This document shows positions 37,570 through 46,844 of a stretch of 64,000 nt of DNA, piece after piece. The notes below the pieces were generated by a model, which saw only the letters and a program-made list of their open reading frames with translations, made no database searches and had not been told where the DNA came from. The position numbers and the translations under genes were made by a program. The stretch is from an uncultured Clostridia bacterium. GTDB taxonomy: Bacteria > Bacillota > Clostridia > Christensenellales > UBA1242. The stretch spans positions 3,563 to 67,562 of the forward strand of contig CALWEA010000006.1 in the NCBI GenBank assembly GCA_944376905.1, given 5' to 3'. Within the stretch, counting starts at the first letter, position 1. Each line of letters starts with the position of its first letter.

Positions 37570-38925
37570 TCAAAAATTATATCTTGATTTTATAATTTCT
37601 TTTATTTCTGACAAAGTATAATCTGCTTCCTCAAAAATCATACATTCTATTAAAACCAAACCAACCAAAAATGCACAAATTGAAGGATTAGTAAAATCAA
37701 TAACGCCTCCGTGAGCATCATTATTTCTAAATTTTGAAAATTCATCACCTAATAATTTTTCGTTTTTCAATCCATATCTATGTAGAATTTTTGTTAAAAA
37801 ATTATCAATAGCTGGCTGGTAATGTCCTAAACATCTATTATATTGGGTAGCAACAGAATTTAAATCATTATAAAGAACTTCTATTATATGTTTGTAGTAT
37901 TTCTTATAATTCTTATTTAATTTTTCTTTTTCAATTTTTTCATCTAGAATTTGTTTTATATACTCAATACTATCTATTTTATATTTATCTTTTTTGGGCA
38001 ATGTTTTAAAAATAAGTTCATAGTTATGTTCAAATGCTCCACAAACTTTTATATAACTTTCAGATGTAATGTATTTTGCTTCAAAGTTATCTTTTGCAAT
38101 AAAATTATTATTCAAATCATTTTCAGTAATTTTTGAAAATAGTTTTCCAATATTGGGCACTAAATTATTTATTGTATAAGATAATTTTATATCATTTAGT
38201 TTAGCAGTATTATCAATAAAATACCCGATTTTATCGAAATTTCCATTTGAACTTTTCAATCCCACTTCAATTTCCTCAAAATAAATATCTTTTTGTTTTA
38301 TTAAGAACTGAAAAAATTTACGAACAGAGATATATAATGGTAAAATCTCTTTAATGTCTTTTTCTTCTTCAAAATGAATTTCAAAGTAAGAAACTAATTT
38401 GCCCAAATCTTCATCTTTCGGATTAATAGTTCCTGGCCAATATACACCAAATTTGCAATGAATTTGCTCTTGATTAATAGTAGTTTCAAAATCCACATCT
38501 GTTTCATCAAAACTTTTTAGTATAATTTTTTTTGAACCATCAAATTTAGCTTTTAAATTTCTTGCACTATCATATTTTACTTTTTGTATAGGGGGAAATA
38601 ATAAGTTAACTATTTTCCCCTTAAATAATAATCTATTAAATTTATTTTTAATCGGCCCAGCATATCTTGGAATAAATATCATTGATGGGTAAATGACAGC
38701 AGTATCATCTATAATATTATTTCGGCAAATATTATTATATAAACCAACTAATCCACCAGTCGTAAGATTTGCCATTAAAAATTCTTCTTTCTTTTCCATG
38801 CCTAATCCTACGCCTTCATCTTCTAATAAATTGAGATTTAACTTTTTCCCATCATAATAAAACGAATATTTGTCATTTTTACTAAAAACATCACTTATAA
38901 AGCCACTAAATTGATAATTTTCCAC
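37570..38925 (-). CDS. HEPN-like (Rx4H) protein, ApeA-like architecture
   Basis: 451 aa. C-terminal FSKFRNNDAHGG fits the HEPN R-x4-H motif in a helical region, and the N-terminal two thirds look beta-rich. The start lies 2 nt after the MmeI-like stop. Confidence 0.45.
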   Translation of the reverse strand: MENYQFSGFISDVFSKNDKYSFYYDGKKLNLNLLEDEGVGLGMEKKEEFLMANLTTGGLVGLYNNICRNNIIDDTAVIYPSMIFIPRYAGPIKNKFNRLLFKGKIVNLLFPPIQKVKYDSARNLKAKFDGSKKIILKSFDETDVDFETTINQEQIHCKFGVYWPGTINPKDEDLGKLVSYFEIHFEEEKDIKEILPLYISVRKFFQFLIKQKDIYFEEIEVGLKSSNGNFDKIGYFIDNTAKLNDIKLSYTINNLVPNIGKLFSKITENDLNNNFIAKDNFEAKYITSESYIKVCGAFEHNYELIFKTLPKKDKYKIDSIEYIKQILDEKIEKEKLNKNYKKYYKHIIEVLYNDLNSVATQYNRCLGHYQPAIDNFLTKILHRYGLKNEKLLGDEFSKFRNNDAHGGVIDFTNPSICAFLVGLVLIECMIFEEADYTLSEIKEIIKSRYNF

Positions 38926-38927
38926 TT

Positions 38928-41684
38928 TTACTCCCTCGTTATTTTCTGATACATTTTCATAAGTTCAGAAACACATTCACTTTCTGTTTTAACTTTTCCC
39001 CAAAAACCATAGGCTTCCATAACTGCTTTATCGTTAAGTTGATGTGCTTTTCTTAATTCTGGTGGCATTGTAACTTCATCATAAAGATCAGCAAGAGAAC
39101 AATCTTTATATTTTTCTCTTGCAGTTAAAATAGATTGTGCAGTTTTTCCAATCTTTGCTTGTTGTTCTTTTGTTGGATTAGGCCAAGGGAAATTATTGTA
39201 TACTATATCTTTTGAGTATCTATATCTCATTTCTAATCTACCTGCCAAGGCTCTCATCCATGCCATATGAACATTTGATGTTAGAATTCCAAAATGATAT
39301 AATCCCGCATTAGGAATAATTTGGACTGCATCTGATGCTATTGTATCTTTTGACATAAAGCCAATAGGTATATATCGTCTCTTTTCGGAAGATACTCTCG
39401 GAACAATAATATAATTTACATTTGAAGGTTGAGTAATTTGTGCGAATATCATTGGTGTTGAAGCAAATTTTCTTGTGCTTTCTGCCTTGCTTTTTAATCT
39501 AAAATCTTTTACAAGTTCAATTCGTTTCATAACTGTTGGGCATTGTTTTAATTCGTGAGGATTTGCACCAACTAACCACAAGCACCATCTGGATTTGTTG
39601 TTTATAAATTCTTCTGCTCCAATGTAAGGGTGTATCCATTTTGCAGAAAGTGGTTCTTTTTTAATAAGTTCTTCTTTTTCTTCATTTGTAAGAATAAATC
39701 CTCCGCCATCTCTTGGCATATTCCCAAAGTTCATTGGTGGAATATTGCAAATAGGTTTTGATTTACTATCGATAAATATATTTTCAGCATCCATTAAATA
39801 AGAATTTATATTTGAAACTATACGAGCTCTATCGTTATCATAAATTATTTTAGATTTTCTATTAACAAAAGAAAATCCAACAATAACACAATGGACTCTT
39901 GCTTTTTGCTGTGCCTCGCTATCCCACACAAAGGTTCTATATGCAAACTGAATTTTAATACCTTTTTCAAATAAAGGTTTCCACATTGTGACCGCTTGTT
40001 GCCCTTGACATATTGAATTAGTTGAAACAAAAGCAACTTCTATTGATGTTCCTTTAATATAATCAGTTGCTTTATAATACCAACCAGAAACAAAATCCAG
40101 TTCTCCAACACCTTTAACATCTCCGACAACAGCAATAATATCTTGTTTTTGTTCTCTTGACATCATCATTCCACCAACAAAAGGTGGGTTGCCCATTATA
40201 TAAGTGAGTTTTTCTTTTGAAATAACTTTATTCCAATCAATTCGTAGTGCATTTCCCTCAACAATATTTGCATAAGACTTTAACGGGAAGAATTCAAGCT
40301 GTTGATTAACAATTTCTTCTGTTTCTTTCATCATTTGAGACTCGGATATCCATAGTGCTGTCTTTGCAACAGTGACTGCAAAGTCATTTATTTCAATTCC
40401 ATAGAATTGCCCAATTGATACTTTTATTACATCTCCCAAGTCAATCATAGTTTGTCCACGAGTTTGCGCAATTAAAGCTTCGTTTTCTAATCTTCTTAGT
40501 GAAATATATGTTTCTGTCAAAAAGTTTCCAGAACCACAAGCAGGGTCAAGAAAGGTTAATGTAGAAAGCTTATTCCTAAAAGCTTCCAATTGCTGTTTTC
40601 TTGTTTTTTCAACCTTAATTTCTTTTATTTTTTCTAATTCATCTTTTAAATTGTCTAAAAATAATGGGTCTATGACTTTATGAATATTCTCAATAGAAGT
40701 GTAGTGCATACCACCACTTCTACGAGTTTCTGGGTTTAATGTGCTTTCAAAAACAGCACCAAAAATAGTAGGACTAATTTCACTCCAGTCAAAATTTTCG
40801 CTTGCTTTATGTAAAAGAATATCAATAATCTCATCTGTCAAATGTGGAATAATAATTTTTTCATTAGCAAACAAACCACCATTTACATAAGGAAATTTTG
40901 CAAGTTCATCATCTAGATATTTATCTCTATCTTCAATCTTTGTGTCCAAGACTTTGAATAAATCAATCAAGGCTCTTCTAGTGTCTTTAACTTGAAAACT
41001 TTGTAGATAATTGTGAAAAGCTAACTTTTCGCCAAACAAACCACTATCTTCAGCATAAAGACAAAATACAAGTCTTACACAAAGTTCGTTAAGGCTCTTT
41101 AATTCTTGCTCATCTTTTTCGTTGTATTGTTTAAGTAAGGCGTCATAAAGAATACCAACAATTTCACCAGCCTTAATGGATATTTCCATTTCTTTTTTGA
41201 TATTCTCATTTTGACTATTTACAATAAATTGTAAACGATAATATTCCTTTGGAAGATTTTTAAGCAATATACTTTCAGGTTCTCCATTAGGTTTTTCCAT
41301 ATCATATATTAAAAACTCTTGGAAATTACAAGTAATAATCCATCTTGGTCTTTTAGAGTATGGAAGGTCAGCTGAATACCTTTTTGCTTGTTGAAATGGA
41401 GTAAGAAGAGTTCCATCTGCTTGTCTTATTGCTTTTCTTAAATCTCGGTCTCTACTTTTTTGTTCAATTAAAACATGTGTAGCAGAAATATAGCCGTCAA
41501 TAAAACTTGTATGGTCCAGCATAACTTTATCTTCAAAAGAAATATATTGTTCTGGATTGTCAACACCCAAAACTTTATTTAATAAAGTCAACCAAAAAAC
41601 TTGACTTTGTCCTTTTTCATAACCTTTATCAGCCCAAAAATTTGCAAATTCTTTTGCTTGTTTTCTTATCTCCAAATCGTTCAT
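38928..41684 (-). CDS. MmeI-family type IIL/IIG restriction-modification enzyme (nuclease plus N6-adenine methyltransferase plus target-recognition domain)
   Basis: N-terminal D-x10-EQK (FIDGYISATHVLIEQK), SAM motif I FLDPACGSGNFL and motif IV IMGNPPFVGG. The 918-aa size is typical of the family. Confidence 0.8.
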   Translation of the reverse strand: MNDLEIRKQAKEFANFWADKGYEKGQSQVFWLTLLNKVLGVDNPEQYISFEDKVMLDHTSFIDGYISATHVLIEQKSRDRDLRKAIRQADGTLLTPFQQAKRYSADLPYSKRPRWIITCNFQEFLIYDMEKPNGEPESILLKNLPKEYYRLQFIVNSQNENIKKEMEISIKAGEIVGILYDALLKQYNEKDEQELKSLNELCVRLVFCLYAEDSGLFGEKLAFHNYLQSFQVKDTRRALIDLFKVLDTKIEDRDKYLDDELAKFPYVNGGLFANEKIIIPHLTDEIIDILLHKASENFDWSEISPTIFGAVFESTLNPETRRSGGMHYTSIENIHKVIDPLFLDNLKDELEKIKEIKVEKTRKQQLEAFRNKLSTLTFLDPACGSGNFLTETYISLRRLENEALIAQTRGQTMIDLGDVIKVSIGQFYGIEINDFAVTVAKTALWISESQMMKETEEIVNQQLEFFPLKSYANIVEGNALRIDWNKVISKEKLTYIMGNPPFVGGMMMSREQKQDIIAVVGDVKGVGELDFVSGWYYKATDYIKGTSIEVAFVSTNSICQGQQAVTMWKPLFEKGIKIQFAYRTFVWDSEAQQKARVHCVIVGFSFVNRKSKIIYDNDRARIVSNINSYLMDAENIFIDSKSKPICNIPPMNFGNMPRDGGGFILTNEEKEELIKKEPLSAKWIHPYIGAEEFINNKSRWCLWLVGANPHELKQCPTVMKRIELVKDFRLKSKAESTRKFASTPMIFAQITQPSNVNYIIVPRVSSEKRRYIPIGFMSKDTIASDAVQIIPNAGLYHFGILTSNVHMAWMRALAGRLEMRYRYSKDIVYNNFPWPNPTKEQQAKIGKTAQSILTAREKYKDCSLADLYDEVTMPPELRKAHQLNDKAVMEAYGFWGKVKTESECVSELMKMYQKITRE

Positions 41685-41852
41685 AAGTAAATCTCCATAA
41701 AACGATTATACCATAACTTTATTTAAATTGGTATTTAATTTCCAAAAAATTATTACTTATAACAAAATCAATTTTTCTTTTAAAAAGTAGACAATCAACC
41801 TTAGTAGTTTTATACAGTCCTAGAACGACTAAATTGCTCAAAAATACCACAT

Positions 41853-41872
41853 TTGCTGTCAATTGCTGTCAA
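41853..41872 (+). promoter_or_regulatory. attR-side arm repeats of E1 (TTGCTGTCAA x2)
   Basis: ATTTGCTGTCAATTGCTGTCAAA is identical to 23833-23855. It lies about 107 nt left of the TTGGTAAGG core at 41980. Confidence 0.65.
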
Positions 41873-41978
41873 AATTAAATAGTAAAATACAGCAAATATT
41901 TTTGTAATATTATAATCGCATTTATTTATCTATGTTTTTAAGATGCGGGGCTCACACACTTTATTTATAGGGCTCAAT

Positions 41979-42024
41979 CTTGGTAAGGTAGGGGTCACGG
42001 GTCCGATTCCCGTCACCAGCTCCA
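41979..42024 (+). pseudogene. 3' fragment of a tRNA-Thr-like gene (anticodon loop to CCA)
   Basis: CTTGGTAAGGTAGGGGTCACGGGTCCGATTCCCGTCACCAGCTCCA aligns with positions 31-76 of the intact tRNAs. No matching 5' half lies upstream. Confidence 0.8.
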
Positions 42025-42031
42025 TAAACAA

Positions 42032-42076
42032 AATCGCTAAAAGGCCGAAAAATAAAGGCTTTTAGCGATTTTTTTG
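42032..42076 (+). terminator. Terminator hairpin after the tRNA fragment
   Basis: AATCGCTAAAAGGCC ... GGCTTTTAGCGATT followed by a T-run. Confidence 0.65.
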
Positions 42077-42120
42077 TTTTTCGAAATTAAATTTTCAAAA
42101 CAAGAAAAATTGCAAATATT

Positions 42121-42269
42121 TGGTGTCAAATGGTGTCAATTTGCTCTACTCACTAAAAAATTACACAAAAAAAGACCGCCTTTCAAGAAAATTTTTCATT
42201 TCTCAAAAAGCGGTCTAAATCTTCCTAAAACTATCAAAAGGTGTCAAAAAGGATGTCAAATGGTGTCAA
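42121..42269 (+). promoter_or_regulatory. attL-side arm region of E2: five (T/A)GGTGTCAA-type repeats around a hairpin and a conserved box
   Basis: Repeats start at 42121, 42131, 42239, 42251 (GGATGTCAA) and 42261. Hairpin AGACCGC...GCGGTCT spans 42173-42216, followed by AAATCTTCCTAAAACT. Confidence 0.7.
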
Positions 42270-42273
42270 GTTT

Positions 42274-43626
42274 TCACATCTCAAAATCTTTTTCTTTTTT
42301 CTTTCGGCGAAGTTCCTTTTGTCTTAAAAGTTCTTCAAGTTGTTCTTCTAATTCTTCATCAGTAAGCTCATCAGCCTGTTGTGATTTTTCTTGCGTAAAG
42401 TTTTTACTAATACTTTCATTCAGTCTGTCTGTTGTTGCTCTCACATATTCATTGTTCACACTGTTGTAAACTGAAATTGTTGTTTTTACATCTCTATGCC
42501 CAAGCAGTTGTTGGATTGCTTTTGGATTTTCATTTAACTCAAAAAGCATATTTGAAAATGTGTGTCTTAAAGTGTGAAAATGAATTTGATAATCATTTAG
42601 GTTATTTCTTTTCTTAAATCTATCAAATATTTTTCGTGTGCCTGAATATGTTCTAACACTTCCGTCATCGTTGCAAAATATATATCTATCACTTTTAATA
42701 AGGTCAAAGTTTATTTCTATGCTTTTAATTGATTGTTTGTTTTTCCATTCTTGCAAAGAATTAACCACAACATCTGTGATTGGTATTGTTCTAACAGAAC
42801 AAGCTGTTTTGGTATCGCCAACAACAGTTACTCTTTTTGTAATATTTCCATCGCTATCAAAACTAGGCACTTGTGTTATGCCACTTTCTATGCTTAAAGT
42901 TTTCTTTTGTTCATCAAAGTTATCCCAGCGAAGTGCTAAAACCTCTCCAATGCGTAATCCTGCAAATAGTAGTGTTACGCATAAAGGTTTTAAAAAATTG
43001 CTTTCATCTTCATTAAGTGCTGTAAAAAATTTCTCTCTGACTTCTGGTGTCATAGCCTTGTATTTGTTTTTATCATTATTTTGCACTCTGTCTTTTGTTC
43101 TAACTTTTACTTTTGCTGTTGGATTAAATTGCACCCATTTGTTATCTATTGCATAATCAAAAAATTGATTGAAAATAAATTTCACTTTCTTAATAGTGTT
43201 GTTATTATACTCCTCATCTATCATAGCATTTACAACTTTTTGTATTGCGGTTGTGTCTATTTCATAAACTTTCATTTTGCCAAGCATTGGTTCTATGTGT
43301 AATTTAAAATTTCTAATATTACCTTCAAAAGTTCGTGGGCTTACCGCACTCTTCTTGAAAACCAACAGCCACTCTTTCATAAGTTCTCCAAAGGTTTTCT
43401 TTTCTAAAATTTCATAAGAATTGCTTTGTAGTCTGCCAGAAATTTCACTTAATTTTTTTGCTATTTCTGTTTGGTTTTTCCCATAAATAATTTTACGAAT
43501 TGGCTTGCCTTCTTCATCAAATCCCATACTCACATAACCAGCCCAACGACCATCTTTTCGTTGAAAGATTGAACCCTCATTATTGGCTCGTCTTGTTTTG
43601 TTTACGACTTTGTTTTTCTTAGCCAT
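42274..43626 (-). CDS. Tyrosine recombinase/integrase (E2)
   Basis: Paralog of 24696-26057 with HTLRHTF and LLGHRDVKTTISVY. The ATG overlaps the xis stop. Confidence 0.9.
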   Translation of the reverse strand: MAKKNKVVNKTRRANNEGSIFQRKDGRWAGYVSMGFDEEGKPIRKIIYGKNQTEIAKKLSEISGRLQSNSYEILEKKTFGELMKEWLLVFKKSAVSPRTFEGNIRNFKLHIEPMLGKMKVYEIDTTAIQKVVNAMIDEEYNNNTIKKVKFIFNQFFDYAIDNKWVQFNPTAKVKVRTKDRVQNNDKNKYKAMTPEVREKFFTALNEDESNFLKPLCVTLLFAGLRIGEVLALRWDNFDEQKKTLSIESGITQVPSFDSDGNITKRVTVVGDTKTACSVRTIPITDVVVNSLQEWKNKQSIKSIEINFDLIKSDRYIFCNDDGSVRTYSGTRKIFDRFKKRNNLNDYQIHFHTLRHTFSNMLFELNENPKAIQQLLGHRDVKTTISVYNSVNNEYVRATTDRLNESISKNFTQEKSQQADELTDEELEEQLEELLRQKELRRKKKEKDFEM

Positions 43627-43879
43627 TCGCCACCTCACTTGTGTTGTTTTTAAGTGTTAGCCAAGTGACAAAATTAAGCACACTTACGACTTGTCTTTTA
43701 CCAACTTTTGTTGTTGGAAAATCTTTGCTACGCAAGAGTTGTCTTACATTATCTCTGCCAAGCCCAGTGATTTTCATAATATCTTCACAGTCTAAAAAAT
43801 CTTTATCATATTTAGTTGAAATTCGGTCAACTTCCGATTGAATTAAATTGTTAATATTAAGTTGTTGATTGTTGTTCAT
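43619..43879 (-). CDS. Excisionase-like HTH protein (E2)
   Basis: Paralog of 26050-26304. ATG 43879 matches the paralog N-termini; the ORF-track extension to 44002 is unlikely. Confidence 0.7.
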   Translation of the reverse strand: MNNNQQLNINNLIQSEVDRISTKYDKDFLDCEDIMKITGLGRDNVRQLLRSKDFPTTKVGKRQVVSVLNFVTWLTLKNNTSEVANG

Positions 43880-43937
43880 ATTTACTCCACGTGTTTTAAA
43901 TTTTGTATTTTCTAATTCAATCTCTATATAAAAAAGG

Positions 43938-44069
43938 AACTGGGTTTCCCAGTTGCCTAAAAATAAGAAAGAAAAATAGATGCACAAAATGTAACATCGC
44001 AAAAAGCCCGATAAAATGGGCTTTTTAGCGAAATTTTGGGCAACTAAATGTTTCTTTCGCTTATCCTGT
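43938..44069. promoter_or_regulatory. Conserved noncoding block (hairpin AACTGGG-TTT-CCCAGTT; 20-mer GTTTCTTTCGCTTATCCTGT)
   Basis: Counterpart of 26417-26544. The hairpin stem carries compensatory changes relative to E1 and E3. Confidence 0.6.
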
Positions 44070-44100
44070 TTTATAAATCTCTATTTACTGCGTCAGCAAA

Positions 44101-45306
44101 CTACATCTCAAAATTGCTATTTCTACTGTTCAAATACTCTTGCTGCTTAGCATATCGTTCTCGTTCTTCGCACCAATATTTAAAGTTTAGCATTTCTTGT
44201 TCTTCTTGCTTTGCGTAATAATCAAGTAGGTCCAAAAGATAATCAAGTTCCTTTGCTCTCTGTTGTTTTTTGAATGCTTTTTCTTTTCTAGTGTAGGTTT
44301 GCATTTGTTCTATTTCATCATTTGCTTTTCCTATTTTTAATGCTGTTTGAATTGTCATATTTCCAAGTCTTCGCATTAAGTCTTGATGATAAATATCTGC
44401 ATTGTATTTGTCTGGAACATGCTTGTATTGTTCTTGTTGCCAAATCTTATATTCGTTAATTTTAAGTTTGTAATCCAAATATGAATTTTTAATTTGTGGG
44501 TTAGAATATAAAACACATTCGGTAGTGTCATCAACTTTCTTTCTTAAAAATTTCATATTCTCACTATCATAACTTGTTCTTCCGTTTGCTGGTATTTCCC
44601 TATACAATTCAAGCAATTTTTTCTTCATCGTTCTTGTCATCTCATAAGGCGACAATCCAATTTTATATTTCTCATTTAAATCTTTTCTTGCTTTCACAAT
44701 CTCGGCAGACTTGTTTGTTAAGGCTCTTTCAAAGATAAGTTTACTTGTTAGCAAAACATCTTTATCTATCTTTCCAGAGTGAAATTTCAGTTTGCCACCA
44801 TTAGCATAAAATTTCGGCTCTTTCTCAAAAAACGATAGATGAATGTGTTTGTTTTCAGTGTTCTCGTGAAGCCCTGCATACCAAACAATATTGTCTTTAT
44901 CAAGTCCTGCTCGTTTAAAAAATTTTGGTAATTCTTTAACTAAAAAATTATGAGCTTGCTCGTAATCTCTGCAATACTCATTTCCAAATTCTTCTCTAAA
45001 AGATATAACACAGTCCCAAATACAACTCTCGGTTTCTCGCAACTGCTTTCGTAAATTCCGCTTTTGTTGTTCGTTTAACAATCCGTCTTTACTAAAAACT
45101 CCGCAAGATTTTTCGGTGTTGCCAACATATTCGGCATAGTCCTTTGGCAGTTTGTTTTCTGCTCCGGTATCAACATAACTTACATAGTTATAGCTTCCAT
45201 TACAAGAAACAAAATCTCGTTTTTGAATTTCTTTTGAATTCTTGTCTGGATTATATTTTTCTTTTGGTTTGTAGTAATAACATTTAAAAACTATGTTGTC
45301 TGTCAT
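44101..45306 (-). CDS. Relaxase-like mobilization protein (E2)
   Basis: WYAGLHENTENKHIHLSFFEK; ends in NFEM. Confidence 0.65.
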   Translation of the reverse strand: MTDNIVFKCYYYKPKEKYNPDKNSKEIQKRDFVSCNGSYNYVSYVDTGAENKLPKDYAEYVGNTEKSCGVFSKDGLLNEQQKRNLRKQLRETESCIWDCVISFREEFGNEYCRDYEQAHNFLVKELPKFFKRAGLDKDNIVWYAGLHENTENKHIHLSFFEKEPKFYANGGKLKFHSGKIDKDVLLTSKLIFERALTNKSAEIVKARKDLNEKYKIGLSPYEMTRTMKKKLLELYREIPANGRTSYDSENMKFLRKKVDDTTECVLYSNPQIKNSYLDYKLKINEYKIWQQEQYKHVPDKYNADIYHQDLMRRLGNMTIQTALKIGKANDEIEQMQTYTRKEKAFKKQQRAKELDYLLDLLDYYAKQEEQEMLNFKYWCEERERYAKQQEYLNSRNSNFEM

Positions 45307-45536
45307 CTGTTTTTAACCTTTTCAAAGATTGCGTTTGTGGTATCTTCTAACGCTTCTAATTTTTCAAAAATTTCATCTTCTCGTGTGTCCTTAAAAGCAT
45401 AAGCTTTTAGGATAGTGCAGACAAAATCGTTCATACTTTTGCACTGCGAAAGTTTGTATTTTTCTTGCAATTTGTTTAACAAATCTAAATCTCTTATTCG
45501 TAGCATATTTTCGCTTTTAATTGTGTCTGATTTCAA
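45303..45536 (-). CDS. RHH-type relaxosome accessory protein (E2)
   Basis: Paralog of 27868-28098 with an ATGA overlap with the relaxase gene. Confidence 0.55.
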   Translation of the reverse strand: MKSDTIKSENMLRIRDLDLLNKLQEKYKLSQCKSMNDFVCTILKAYAFKDTREDEIFEKLEALEDTTNAIFEKVKNR

Positions 45537-45722
45537 TTTTTATCCTCCTTTTGATTATTTGTTTGTCTTGGTTGAAATCGGTCTTAAATGGCTAATTTTT
45601 GGCTTCCTCCTTTTGAATAGATTTTCTATAACTCTTTCTATTAAACTTGTGGCGGTGCAAGTTTTTTCTTTGGCATTTAAAGGGGCAATGAATTTTAAGT
45701 TTGAAATTTTGGCAAAGAAAAA

Positions 45723-45747
45723 AGAGTTGTCGGTGGATAACAACTCT
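45723..45747. promoter_or_regulatory. Conserved hairpin AGAGTTGT-CGGTGGATA-ACAACTCT
   Basis: Same loop as 36676-36700 and 58972-58996 with a different stem sequence. Confidence 0.7.
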
Positions 45748-45832
45748 CTTTTTGCATTTACCCCTTATATATATAAATAAAACAGGCAAAAGTCAGGGGT
45801 AAATTGCGTTTTTTAATAAAATTTTTTAAAAT

Positions 45833-46600
45833 TTATTTATTTTTTTCTTGTTTTTCTTTAAAAGTCTCTAAAAACTCTCCAACAACATCAAACATATCTT
45901 GAATTGAATATTCTTTTCCAAAGAAATTAAATTTTTGTTCTTTAAACACTTTTTTAGTATCATCAACAAGTCCAAGTTTCTTTTCTTTCTTTTGAATTGT
46001 TTTAACTTCATCAACAAAATCAATAATTTTATCAATAGTTGTGATAGAAGAAAAATCTTTTGTCTTTGCAAACTCGTTCATTTTTTCTTTTGCTATTAAG
46101 TTGGTTTCGTTCTTTAAATAATCTTTCCAATGATTGAAGAAATATGTTTGTTGAAAATCTTTATCTTCACAAAGCAAAACTCTTAAATCGTCAATAGCAG
46201 TTTTGTAGTTGTCGGATATACTTTGTTTTGAGCAACCAAGTTTTTCGGCAATTTTATTAAATTTCATCTTGCCATTAAATCGCATATACAAAATCTTTTT
46301 ATATTTCTCATTTTCCATATTTTTTACAACTTTCCAAATGGCCTTTTTAAGTAGTTGGCGTTGTGCTTCAAAAAATGAAAGTAGTTTGCTGTCATCACAT
46401 TGTTTTGCCTTATAACTTATGTAGTCCTCACTTGGATAGGCGGAAAAAGAACGTGCATATTTTAAGGCATCTTCTTTGTCTTGCTCTTTCAATTCGTTGT
46501 CAATGTTATCTATGGCAATCTTCATTTCAAGAGTAGGCACTTCAAAAGTCCGCACAACACCAAAATCATCTTTAATGTTTACATAAAACTTTTCTTCCAT
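45833..46600 (-). CDS. Sigma-70 region-4 / LuxR-type HTH protein (E2 paralog)
   Basis: KKILYMRFNGKMKFNKIAEKLGCSKQSISDNYKTAIDDLR. Same position relative to the mob module as 36788-37531. Confidence 0.5.
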   Translation of the reverse strand: MEEKFYVNIKDDFGVVRTFEVPTLEMKIAIDNIDNELKEQDKEDALKYARSFSAYPSEDYISYKAKQCDDSKLLSFFEAQRQLLKKAIWKVVKNMENEKYKKILYMRFNGKMKFNKIAEKLGCSKQSISDNYKTAIDDLRVLLCEDKDFQQTYFFNHWKDYLKNETNLIAKEKMNEFAKTKDFSSITTIDKIIDFVDEVKTIQKKEKKLGLVDDTKKVFKEQKFNFFGKEYSIQDMFDVVGEFLETFKEKQEKNK

Positions 46601-46844
46601 TTCTATTCCTTTTTATTTTAACATAGTTAAATTTGTTATGTTTTGCTTGTTTGAAAATTCTTTTGTTATTTCTTGTCTTTATTTGTCAATTAAAAAAGCC
46701 TATAAAAACCGTTGTGATACAAACTGGTGGTGTATCTAATTTCGGTGCTCATAGGCTCTCTCAGTTAAATCTTATTAAATTGTAGTTTGATTTTATCTTA
46801 AATATTTTTGTTTGTCAAGGCTTTTATAAAATAACAGGGGTATT

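Larger units (their letters stand above)
23629..41979. mobile_element. E1: composite integrative mobilizable island bounded by tRNA-Thr and a 3' tRNA fragment
   Basis: TTGCTGTCAA arm repeats occur at both ends (23720-23854 and 41853-41872). It contains one int/xis pair, two relaxase modules, an IS200-like element and a truncated xfp. The internal history is unresolved. Confidence 0.55.

Noticed and set aside
38928-41684. BREX PglX methyltransferase instead of an MmeI-type RM enzyme
   Set aside because: No PglZ, BrxC, BrxL or BrxA/B-like genes are adjacent. The protein has an N-terminal D...EQK nuclease-type motif, which fits MmeI-like bifunctional enzymes better.
42274-42276. Genetic code 4 (TGA = Trp), as in many Mollicutes
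   Set aside because: IntE2 ends FEM-TGA exactly where IntE1 and IntE3 end FEM-TAG and FEM-TAA. The TGA at 8178 is followed immediately by TAA. Trp is encoded by TGG throughout the conserved motifs I checked.
42074-42469. 131-aa plus-strand ORF across the E2 att arm region and the integrase 3' end
   Set aside because: It runs through the arm repeats and antisense to a well-supported integrase. Its Ser/Phe/Lys-rich composition is typical of antisense translation.
45555-45789. Two overlapping minus-strand ORFs of 62-65 aa in the E2 mob leader
   Set aside because: They cover the conserved hairpin/promoter-box region that is noncoding in the paralogous modules, and there is no conserved reading frame across modules.
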